64,000 nt of DNA from Octopus sinensis. Taxonomy: Eukaryota. Numbering within the stretch: the first letter of the stretch is position 1; every line of letters starts with the position of its first letter. The stretch is from assembly GCF_006345805.1 (NCBI RefSeq), contig NC_042997.1:106516001-106580000 (forward strand), read 5' to 3'. Below are positions 27,401 to 40,180 of this stretch, one piece after another. Under the pieces are notes generated by a model. That model ran no database searches, was not told the DNA's origin, and saw only the letters and a program-made list of their open reading frames with translations. The position numbers and the translations under genes were made by a program.

Positions 27401-29725
27401 CTCCAGCAGTTCCACAGTCAAGGAAGTTGCTTGCTACCAAACATGTTTATAGTAAAAAAAAGCTCACATTTCCGCAGTATCGGGTGGCTGCCATAATGGA
27501 TCAGGTCTTCCATGAATAGAAATTATGAGTTGAGCATATTTATTTGTTTCCTCTGCGACGGTTTCAAAAAAACTTTTCAGTAAAAATTTTAATAAATAGT
27601 CTAATGGTGGAGAATCAGGAGATAGACTGTGTTGTGGACTAGTCTTTTCTGTGAAATCAGGAACTGTGGTCGATGTAGTAATTATCAACCATGTTGCCGT
27701 GATGTTTTCAATATCATTTTTATCACTTTTGTTATCAAAATCTTCCTTGTCCAATGAAGATTCATAAATATCAATATCAGATTCATCTGAAGACAAATCA
27801 TTTGTTTTCATTTATGTTTTGTAAATCATCAAGAGTAAAACCTTCAAAGTTGGAATCAGTACTTGCTGAAACCATATCATTAAAAACTAAGATATACACT
27901 TCTCTTCAAACATTGAAAAAAACCAAGAAGTCTCAAAAGTTTCACAGTATTTTTATTTGAATAAAGGTGGAAAAGGCTTTTATCTTGCATTATCGCAAAG
28001 CTACAAGAATTCAATAACATGATTTGTTTATTTTTTAACAATTTCATAGAGGAATCAGATATCGCCAGATTTGGCCAGTTCAAACAAATAAAGGGGTATT
28101 ATTTTCGGCCAGTTTTGGCCAGTGTGAACACTAAAGGGTTAAATAGTCGATCTACTGGGAATGGCAACCAAGACTCCCTCAGCACAATATAAAAAAAAAA
28201 AGAAATGGCAAGACTGGATGGTCATAGTTGATATGCTTTTGATCTAAGTTTATTTGACCAAAGAATTTCAGATGTGATTTAAATTCTTGCTTATTTTGTA
28301 CATCATCATCATCATCATCATCGTTTAGCGTCCGTTTGTTTATTTGTAGTGAACACCACTATTTGTAGTGAACACCACTATTTGTAGTGAACAGTTTGCT
28401 TTTTATCCTTCTGAGGTTGATAAAATACATACCACCAATATAGTAATATGCATTTTTTACATGGCTTAATCACAGAAGGAAAAGCAGTATACATAACATT
28501 TTACAGGCTTCCAATAAAAATACCAAAGTGCCATATGGTAATGTTAATTTGTATAATAGATTAAGTCTACCACTCATATAAGTAGAAATAATATTAAAAT
28601 AGACTGTTTGATTGATACATTTGTTTAAACTCTACTCACTTGTTCTAATTGTTTTAATGTTCTTCTTTCCATGCTAACATAGGTCAGATGAAATTCATCA
28701 AGGCAGTTTTTCTATGGTGGGATGCTCTTCTTGCCAACAAAACCTCAATTGTTTCCAAGCAAAATAATATTTTCTCTAGTTCTTTGGACATAAGCAGCAC
28801 AAAGTTTTCATAAGAGATTGCAAACAGACAATACAGCTTATACACTGGTGATGTTTGTTTAGAATTAGCATGCAATATCAAGACAAGGAGAGACAAATAC
28901 ACACATTTGATGGAGTCCTTTCAATTTCCATCTACTAAATTTACACACAAGGAACAGGTCAGCCCAGAGTTATAGAAGGCACTTGCCCAATGTGCTGTGC
29001 AACTGGACTGAACAAGATGATTGCAAAGTGAGCTTCTTAAATACCTAACCACTAATATATTAGAAATCTACCACCTTGTATTGATACCAGACATCAATAC
29101 ATGGAAATAAGATGGCAAACTGGCAGAATTCTTAGCAAGACAAGCAAAATGCTTAGTAATATTTCTTCTGGCTTTACGTTCTGAGTTCAAGTGCCATCAG
29201 GGTTGACTTTGCCTTTCAGAGTTAATAACATAAATATCAGTTGAGTATGGCAGTCAATGTAATTGGCTTACCCCTTCCCCCGAAATTGCTGGCCTTGTAC
29301 CAAAATTTGAAACCACTGTCATTGCATTAAAATATTCCAATAACATTAAAAAAAAAATCTAAAATAGTAAAATCATTAATCAGTCGTTAAACTACAAGAA
29401 AGTCATGATATAAATAAGCAGGATAATTTTATTTTTTTTTACCTTGATCATGGTCTCTTAGCCATACTCGAGCCAACTGGATTGCTAATGATATATTCAG
29501 AAGTTGAAATGGTTCATAATTGGTTGCGTCTTTGTTTAAACCTGGTACATTTCCTGATACAGTGTACAGTGGATTCTGCAAGAATAACAGAATGAAAATG
29601 AGATTCATGGATTTCCATTTTTTTTTTTCACATACCAAGGTCTTCTGGCAGTGTAAACACTGACAATCTGTCACAGCTGAATGGACATTCAATCTGTTTT
29701 GGCAACACTAAAGTTTAGCACTAGA

Positions 29726-29773
<48 letters not shown>

Positions 29774-30865
29774 TGCACATAGAAACAGAAATTGAAATGG
29801 GGAGATTGAAAGGGAGAGTGAGAGAGGGAGAGTAACAGGACACATACAAATATAACTAGATACCCACACATAAACAGAAAGAGAGAGAAAAACAGGGAGA
29901 GAACAGGAGATACATTAAAATGTTTGGTGTTGTATAAGTCAGCACTGAATCAGTGACGGTTAAAATAGCAGGGGTGCTGAATTAGAGCGATGAGCAAAAT
30001 AGCAAAGATCTTTTCCTTTATCTTTCCTATTTTTTCCTTCATAATTTCTATAATTTTGATGAACCCTTTCAATATCTTTACATTCTCATGTGCCCTGTTA
30101 TCTTTCCATCTTTTTCAGTTGCTTTTTCTTCTAATCATTTTACCCCTAATTATTTTTTCAAAATTTATTCTTATGTTCTTTAAATCCCCACCATTATTCC
30201 TCATTTCTTTACTATTTAATTTATTCTATTTTACTTTATTCCGTTTGAACTATTTACCATTCATTCACAAGGCATTGGTAGGCCTGAAGCTAACATAGAA
30301 GGCACCATGCAGTGGGACTGAACCTGAACTTATGCAATTCCAAAGCAAGCTTCTAAACCCCAGAGCCATGCTTGCACTTGTAGTTGTTGTAGTTGTTTAA
30401 CTCCAAATCAGCTCTGATCAAGCAGACCTATTAACTAATGATGTTCCTGCTGTGACCAACCGCTCTTTTTGTATATCCAGGAACACAGTAAGTCCTTTCA
30501 GTCAGTAGGAAGTGATTTCAAAAGAGATTTATTATTTCTAGCAGGGTGAAGGATGCAATCAGTTTGCCACCCACATTGGCAAGTGCCTATATTCATGTGT
30601 ATGCAGAAATTAAGACAGGCAAAGGTGACAGGCAGGGGAAGAGCTTAGCAACCACATGGTTCTAGGTTCAAACCCACTGTACAGCATTTACAGTAAGAAT
30701 TTTTAGTCAAATGAATCGACCCCAGTGCTTATCTTTTTTAAAGCCTGGTACTTTGCTGAACCACTAAGTCATAGGGATGTAAAGACATCAACAGCAGTTG
30801 TCAAACAGTAGTGGGGAATAAACACAGACACAAGGACACACATACATACATACATATATATATAC

Positions 30866-30920
<55 letters not shown>

Positions 30921-30926
30921 TATACA

Positions 30927-30990
<64 letters not shown>

Positions 30991-33900
30991 CATATATACA
31001 TACATATATATATATGATGGGTTTCTTTTAGTTTCCATCTACAAAATCCACTCACAAGGCTTTGATTGGTCCAAGACTACAGTAGAAGACACTTGCTCAA
31101 GGTGCCATACAGTGGAACTGAACCCAGCACCATGTGGTTGGGAAGCAAGCCTCTTACCACACAGCTATGTGAGAAATATCTCAAAAGTTTCCTCTCTTCA
31201 AAAAGAATTAGCTACATCTTGGAAAACATGAATACATCCATTAAGTCAATAAATCCTACATTTAGGTACAGGTACAGCTGTGTGGTAAGAAGCTTGCTTC
31301 ACAACTTCATGGTTCTGGGTTCAGTCCCACAGCACAACACCTTGGGCATGTGCCTTCTACTATAGCCTCAGGCTGACCAAAACCTTGTGAGTGGATTTGG
31401 TACACAGAAACTGAAAGAAGCCCATCATATACGCATGTGTGTGTGTGTGTGTGTGTGTGTTTGTGTCCTTGTTTATCTCCTGCCACTGCCTGACAACTAA
31501 TGTTGGTGTGTTTACGTCCCCATAACTTAGCAGTTCAGCAAATGATATCAAAAGAATAAATATCAGGTTTAAAAAAATAAGTACTGGGGTCAATTCATTT
31601 AACTAAAAATTCTTCAAGGTGGTGCCCCAGTATGGCCACAGTCAAATGACTGAAACAAGATACACACATATACATCATATAAACATCATAGTTATTCCTG
31701 ATCAACTCAACCAAATCTTAAAAAAACAGCCCTCCAAATTATCAGAGGTAAACGCTCGACATTCATTACCAGAGGGAAACAATTGGGAGTATCAGAGGAA
31801 AACACTTGAAATTATACGAGATAGACACTCGAGGATATCAGGGGCAAGCGCTCGCGGCTGCCGGAGGCAAGCGCTCGCGGCTGCCGGAGACAAACGCTCG
31901 CAGTTACCGGAGGCAAACGCTCACAGTTACCGGAGGCAAACGCTCACAGTTACCGGAGGCAAACGCTCACAGTTACCAGAGGTAAACGCTCGCGGTTACC
32001 AGAGGTAAACGCTCGCGGTTACCAGAGGTAAACGCTCGCGGTTACCAGAGGTAAACGCTCGCGGTTACCAGAGGTAAACACTCGCGGTTACCAGAGGTAA
32101 ACACTCGCGGTTACCAGAGGTAAACACTCGCGGTTACCAGAGGTAAACACTTGCAGTTATCAAAGGTAAATACTCACAGTTATCAGAGGTAAATACTCAC
32201 AGTTATCAAAGGGAAACACTCACAGTTATCAAAGCTAAACACGGTTATCAAAGGTAAACATTCACTAAATCAAACTTACGTTTTTCGCTTGTGCTCTTTC
32301 AATGAGAACATTCATTGCCTTCTGATGCTGAGGTTGAGTAATAGCTGGGACTTGATGCTATAAGATGATTAAAAGAAATAAAATACAATCAACAATAAGT
32401 GTTACACAGTAAGAAACATAACATTACCCCTGGTACCTTTTCTCCCAATCATCTGCCATCCATTATGATATTTTAGTTTGGATGCATGACCATGCTGTGT
32501 CTCCACAGCCAGATAACATTGTGGATCTTCTCTCTTTATTACAGATAGGGTTGGATTTTGGTTTTTGTGTAAGAGGATCTGCCACACTGAGAGGTTATAT
32601 CTTTAATCTGAGATATTACTTGAGAAGTATTTCAAAAAGTTTGCTGTATTCAAAAATAATTAGCTACACCATTGTAAACAAAAATACAGACATCACATCA
32701 ATATATCCTACATATACACATGAATAAACTACAAAAGTACATCCTAGTTATACACACACATATACATTATAGTTATACATACAAACAGATTTCATCACTG
32801 CATCCTAGTTACAGGCAGTTTAGGAAAAGGAAAAGTGTTGTGATGAGAGTTACGACGCCCCCTCCCCTGTGTTAGACAGACTGGTCCAAGTAAAATCATC
32901 ATCATTAAACGTCCGTTTTCCAATGGCAATGTTTCTACAGCTGGATGCCCTTCCTAACACCAACCACTCCAAGAATGTAGTGGGTGCTTTTTACATGCCA
33001 CCAGCAGAGGAGCCAGGCAGGCGGCCCTGGCACCAATTCTGTTCAAATAGTGCTTTTTACATGCAACTGGCATGGGAACCAATCAGGGGGCATTAGCATT
33101 GACCACATTCAGATGGTGCTTTTTACATGCCACCAGCATGAGTGCCAGTCAGGTGGACCTGGCATCAACTACATTCAGATGGTGCTTTTTACGTGCCACC
33201 AGCATTGAAGCCAATCAGAGGGCACTGGCATCAACCACGTTTGACTGGTACTTTTTACATGCCACCAACACGAGAGCCAGTCAAGCAGACCTGACATCAC
33301 CCATGCCTGGTTGGTGCTTTGAACTTGTTAAAGGCTATCTCCAAGTTCACAAAAGCCAAGTACAGAGGCTTATCTTTGTCTAGATATTTCTCCTGTGGTT
33401 GCCTTACCAGAAATATAGCATCAGTGGTGCTTGTGCCTGGCACAAAACCAAACTGCATCTCATCTAGGCTAACTCTCTCTCCCTAATTAGTTGGGCTATG
33501 ACCCTCTCTGTAACGTTCATCACCTGATCCAATAATTTGATACCTCTGTAGTTATTTCTATCTAAAGCGTCACCTTTACCTTTGTAGCAGTTGACTATGG
33601 TGCTGCTACATCAGTATGACTCCTTCATGAACTACCTGATTTACGATGTAGGTGATAAGACCATAATCCACACCACCCAATATTTTAAGCATCTCGGTGG
33701 TGATTCCTGATGGGCCAGGTGCTTTTCCTGTCTTCATATCCTTAATTGCTTTATCTACCAGGGTACTGTCAATTAGGGTAACTGGTCTTCAATTGTGTCA
33801 ACATTTGGCAGACTCTCCTCCTCCCATTCATTCTCCACATTCAGCAGTCTTTCATAAAGGCATCTCCAAGCCTCTTTCTTTGCAGAATCATTAAACGCAA

Positions 33901-36900
33901 GGCACCATCATCTATGTGGACATATTTCTCTCCTATAACATCACGATTTTCTCTCACACAGTCTTGCAATCCAAAACGCTTCAGTTCTTTGGTCCTCACA
34001 TTGCTGAACATAGGCAAACTTCTTTTCTGCTTCTCCTTTGGCTAGATATACTTGTCTCCTAGTTTCTCTTCTGGCAATGTGATACAGTTCCCTGCAACCC
34101 CCTCCCTTCTAGGCTTTCCAGGTCTGTTTCTTTGCTCTAATGGTCCTGTCTACTGCATTGTTCCATCACCACGTTACCCTAGGTCTGGAAAGGACTTTGC
34201 ACCAGCCACAGGTTTGGTCTATGGCACACAGCAAACTGTCCCACAGGAATTTCCAGTTGCCCTCTATGTCACAAGTCTGTAGCTCCTCCTCCATCTCATC
34301 AAATTTTTCAATTAAGATATCCCTAAATCTCTGACCATATGAAGGGTCTTTAAACTTCCAAATCCTTCTTTTCCAGATTGGTCTGCTTCTTGGCATCTTT
34401 CTGGCCTGGAGTCTAAAATCTCTAATGACTAGTCTGTGCTGGGGAGTACATTCTTCACCAGGGAGGATCTTTGTATTTAAGAGCAGCCATGCATCCTGTT
34501 GTCTGGTGAGAATGTAACCGATTTTGGCTAGCACAGTCACTTGATTAGTAAGTTATCAGATGGCTGGCTGACTTCTTGAAGTCGATGTTGCAGATCAGTT
34601 ATTTGCATCACAGAACTCCAGCAGCCTTGTTCCCACTACATTTTGGGAACCAATTCCATGGCCCACATGGTCACCATGGAAGATACCAGGCTGCTGTCCA
34701 ACGTACCCATTGAAATACCCAGCCACAAACAGGAGATCATTGTCACTCATCTTTGATGTAGCCTGCAGAAGAATATTATAAAAATAGTCCTTCTGTTCAA
34801 TTTGTAGGCCTGCTTGTGAGGTATAGGCAGAGATAATTGTCGCTATATTATTCTGATGATTGAGTTGCTTGAGGGTGATTCTGTCTCTTAAGCCTATCTA
34901 TTTATATGTATATAATACAGTGAGTAATTCATTTTAGTACCACTAAATTGAACTTCTCTCCCCTGTGGACTCGGAAATAACTTCCCTTACCTTAATATTT
35001 TATACTAGCAATATTGCCCGGTGTTGCTCGGGTTTGTAAGGGAAATAACTATATAAGCATTTTTAGAGAGTTACTTCCCTTATATAACCCGAGGAAAAAA
35101 TCATTAAAAATGCGGAAAAATGATGGTAAATTTTATTTTAAATCGTAGACTCATCGTAGATGCGCGCTAATACCCAGAAGGGCTCAATGTGAATCACGAC
35201 TATAAGATACACGCTTTTGGTTAAACTGCACCGCAAATTGTGGGAGTAGTTAGGAATCTAAATCGGAGTAGACAGACACACACACACACAACTTTAGTTT
35301 TATATATAAAGATATATACACACACACACAAAGGATTTCTTTCACTTTCTATCCACCAAATCCACTCACAAGGCTTTGCTCTACTCAGGGCTATAGTTAA
35401 AGGTACTTGCCCAAGGTGCCACACAGTGGGACTAAACTCAGAACCATACCATATGATTGAGCAACAATCTTCTTAGCACAGAGCCACATCTGAAAAGATA
35501 CTTCCTAACCACACAGCTATACACACACACACACATACACACACACACACACACACTACATGCTTGTGTTCTAGTTATACATGCACATTGTATCCTTGTA
35601 TCAAAATTAAAAAAGATTTTAAAAGACAGTCAGCTTGATATACCTTGAAAATTCCTGCTTTCTGCCAAGCAATCTCATCAAGAGTTGATCCCAAAATGTG
35701 TTCATGATCATAATCCAGTAGAGAGATGCCACACACCACAGCTGTGTTTATGAAATTTGTACAGTCATACTGGCCACCAATACCAACTTCCAATATAGCA
35801 ACATCAACTGGTTCTTTCAGGAATACATATAATGCCATTAAAGTCAGAAATTGAAAATAATGAGGCATATCACTGATTGCTCCGTTTTTCTATGGGAAAC
35901 AGAAATATATATAAGAAGCTTTATTTGGAACATGCATGATAGTTAGATGGATAGATAGAGAGAGAAGACAGAGTGAGAGAAGGAAGGAGGACAAAATGAG
36001 AGGGAGTGTGAGGACAAAGTAAGAGAGAGGGAGTACAAAATGAGAGAAGGAGAATAAGGTGAGAGAGCAAGAAGACAAAGTGAGTGAGAGAGCGAGAAGA
36101 CAAAGTGAGAGAGAGAGAGCAAGAAGACAAAGTAAGAGAGAGAGAGAGCAAGAAGACAAAGTGAGAGAGAGAAAACAAAGTGAGAGAGAGAGAAAATAAA
36201 GTGAGAGAGAGAGAAGATAAAATGAGAGAGAGAGAAGACAAAGTGAGAGAGAGAGAAGACAAGGTGAGAGAGAGAGAAGACAAAGTGATAGAGAGAGCGA
36301 GAAGACAAAGTGAGAGAAAGAGCGAGAAGATAAAGTGAGAGAAAGAGCGAGAAGATAAAGTGAGAGAGAGCGAGAAGACAAAGTGAGAGAGAGAGCAAGA
36401 AGACAAAGTGAGAGAGAGAGAGAGAAGACAAAGTGAGAGAGAGAAAGAAGACAAAGTGAGAGAAAGAGAGAAGACAAAGTGAGAAAGAGAGAGAGAAGAC
36501 AAAGTGAGAGTGAGAAGACAAAGTGAGAGAGAGAAGACAAAGTGAGAGAAAGAGCGAGAAGACAAAGTGAGAGAGAGCGAGAAGACAAATTGAGAGAGAG
36601 CGAGAAGACAAAGTGAGAGAGAGAGAGAAGACAAAGTGAAAGAGAGAGAAGAAGACAAAGTGAGGAGAGAGAGAGAGAAGACAAAGTGAGAGAGAGAGAG
36701 AAGACAAAGTGAGAAAGAGCAAGAAGACAAAGTGAGAGAAAGAGCAAGAAGATAAAGTGAGAAAGAGCGAGAAGACAAAGTGAGAGAGAGAGAGAGAGAG
36801 AGAAGACAAAGTGAGAGAGAGAGAAGACAAAGTGAGAGAGAGAGAAGACAAAGTGAGAGAGAGAGAAGACAAAGTGAAGCAAAGGCAGTATATGTTAACA

Positions 36901-39900
36901 GAAATATGGTAAAAAGAAAGTTAAATAATCCTTTCTGCTACAGGAACAAGGCCTGAAATCTTGGGGAATGAAGTTGATTATATCAACCATAGTGCTCAAC
37001 TGGTACTTACTCTATTGCTCCCAAAAGGATGAAGAGAAAAGCTAAGCTCAGCAGCATTTGCACACAGGACATAAAAACGGTGTGATAACTATCTTATCAG
37101 TGCACTACCTTAATTATCATCATCATCATCATCATTGTTTAATGTCCGTTTTCCATGCTAGCATGGGTTAGATGGTTTGACTGAGATCTGGGAAGCCAAG
37201 AGGCTGCACCAGGCTCCAGTCTGATCTGGCAGTGTTTCTACAGCTGGATGCTCTTCCTAATGTCAACCACTCCATGAATGTAGTGGGTGCTTTTTACGTG
37301 CCACCAGCACAGGTGCCAGGGGAGGCTGGCAACGGCTACAATCGGTTGGTGCTTTTTACATGCCACCAGCACGGAAGCCAGTCAAGGCAGCGCTGGCATC
37401 AGCCACATTCAGATGGTGCTTTTTACGTGCCACCAGCTAAAAATAATAATCATAAGAATAATCATAATGATAATCCTTTCCACTATGAGCACAAGGCATG
37501 AAATTTTGGGGGAGTCAATTACTTATTTCACTGACCCCAAAAGCATGAACAGTAAAGTTGAACTTAGACTGTAAAGACAGAAGATATACTGCTAAGCATT
37601 TTGCCCAGCAGGCTAACAATTCTGCCAGCTCACCGCTTTAATAATTATAATGATAATAGTAATAATCTTTTCTACTATAGGTACAAGGTCTTAAATTTTG
37701 GGGAAAGGGGCTAGTTGATTACATCGACCCCCCCAATATTCAACTGTTACTTATTTCATCGACTCCAAAAGGATGAAATGCAAAGTCAACCTTGGTGGCA
37801 TTTGGACTCAGAACTTAAAGAGGGATGAAATGCCACTCAACATTTCGCCCAGCATGCTAATGATTCTGCCAGCTTGCCGCCTTAATAACTATGATGATAA
37901 TAATAATGATTGTTTCTACTATAGGTACAAGGCCTTCAATTTGGTGGAAGAGAGATACTTGATTACACTGACCCCAATGCTTAACTGATACCTATTCCAT
38001 TGTCCCTGAAATGATGAAAGGCAAAGTTAACTTCAGTAGAATCTGAACTCAGAATGTAAAACTAGAAAAAATGTCACTAAGTATTTTGAGTGGTGGACTA
38101 AAGATTCTACAGCATCATCACCACTACCACCACCACTAGTAACAGCAACAGCCGTTCAAGAATTTGGACCTGGAGATCTCCATTTCCAGCGACTTCAAGG
38201 GCCAGCTTCCAGTGGTGTCGGGCATCAACGAAGAGCCCTCGACTACAAGACGACCAAAGTTTTTTTTTTCCCAAGGTCTGGGGTCTCCCACCCCTAAACC
38301 CTAGACCATCACCTAATCACCCTTACCCATCTTGTTGCTTAACAACAACAACAACAACAGCAACAAGTGCTTCTAACGTCAATACAATGCTTTAAATTTG
38401 GTGGGGATGGGGAATGATCAAGCAAACTGACAAGAGTACTTAACTGGAAAAATAAAATTCTAATCAAGTACTGGAACTGATTTAATTAATTAATTCCCAT
38501 TCCTGCAAATTTCAGGCTTTCATCTTATGCTAGAAACAAATATTATTTCTAATCTTAGATATACAGGTATGGCTGTGTGGTAAGAAGTCTGCTTCCCAAC
38601 ATAGTTTCACATAGTTTCAGGTTCAGCCCCACTGCATGGCACAAGGGAAAGTGTTTTCCACTATTGCCCTGGGGGTCAACAAAAGCCTTGTGTTGATCCC
38701 CCACTACCAACTGACAACCAGTGTTGGTTTGTTTGCATCCCTATTACTTAGTGGTTCAGCAAGAGAGACCAATAGAGTAAGTACCAGACTTTAAAAAATA
38801 AGTACTGGGGTCAATTTTTCAATGTCCACCCTTCAGGGTAGCACACCAGCACAGCTGCAGTACAATGACTTGACACAGGTAAAAGAGAAGAGATAAAAAA
38901 AAAAAAGATACAATATTCCAAGAGCAAGGCAAAATAGTCATAACTGGAATGCCTTTGACCATAGGTTTGCTCAATCAGGACAAGCTAATGAGGACAGAAT
39001 CCTAAACAACTTCAACTGCAGTTGTGAGGGTTGATATATCAGGATATTATACGAAAGTAAAAGCAAATCACCATTGACTCAAGTAGGCGGTCATAGACTT
39101 CAAAGAAATATCTGGAAAAAGTTGACTCTGAAAGATGGCGGCCATTAATTTGTATCCTTTCTCTTAAATCAACCAAGTGCGGTGAACTGAATTATCCAAA
39201 AGAGAAATGATTAAATAAATAACAGAGGTTATCATCTCAGAAGTAAAACATGTCAAAACTTGGATGAAAGTTAAACAATTAAATTCACATGAAAATTACT
39301 TAACACATCAATAAATGTTATGATTTTTTTTATATTGGGAGAAAAGGTGATCGCTAACACAATCTGATATATAGTCTTTCTCTCTCTGTTTCACATGATC
39401 ACACACATTGGCATAAATTTTGACAACAAAGATAAATAAAGGTATATTAAATATTATACAAAATAAGTTCTTGATTTTCTTCACTTTGAGAGGAGATCGA
39501 CAAATGTCTGGTGGTAATTGTAACCAACTCCAAATGAGAAGGGGAAATAATCTGATGGATCAAAATTTCACCAGAATTGCTATGGTATCAGAGAAAAAAC
39601 ATCCATGTTTTTTGTTGCTATTTAGTTTTGTTCTTTTCTTCATCTGGAGACAAAAGAACAGCTGAGACGCACATTTCTACCTCAACAGGTATCATTAATA
39701 TAGCAACTGTCATATCTTGACTCCATAAGACTAGTCAGAGAACATTTATGATCAAGTATAATCTACATAAGTAAAACAAAAATTGAGCTCAAGCAATTAC
39801 AGTATAAAAAACACACATGATGGCCTTTAAAACATATATACATAATTATGTGCACTTTCATTTTGTAAATGAATCGCTGTCAGTTTCAATATACCAATTG

Positions 39901-40141
39901 TTGTTTTACTGAAGCATATATGTGGCTGAGTATCTCACAGACATGTATGGTTGACATAATCTTCAAGCAGTATCAGTGTGACAGAGTATGGCAACATTGT
40001 GCTTTTGAGGTACAAGTGTCCAGTTACCCAGTTTCAATCATAAGGCTTGGTGATGCTATACAGTGAGATTGAAAACAGGGACCTCATAAAGGCAAAGTGA
40101 ACTTATTAATCCAACAGCCATGCTACCATATAAAAGCACAC

Positions 40142-40180
<39 letters not shown>

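Noticed and set aside
28341-28395. Short tandem triplications (19-bp here; gagtcacagaatccta near 20008-20050)
   Set aside because: Ordinary slippage repeats.
30769-31055. IY-rich ORFs
   Set aside because: (TA)n/(TACA)n microsatellite within a SINE.
31740-33320. CRISPR-like appearance of the 23-bp and 66-bp arrays
   Set aside because: Eukaryotic intron, no cas genes, and the units are tandem or have mutually homologous spacers.
35890-36882. Three long minus-strand ORFs (285-330 aa)
   Set aside because: Stop-free translations of the CT-rich minisatellite.
22996-36912. 18-bp identity ttaacagaaatatggtaa near 22996 and 36895
   Set aside because: Short and AT-rich with no extended similarity, so plausibly chance or a repeat relic.
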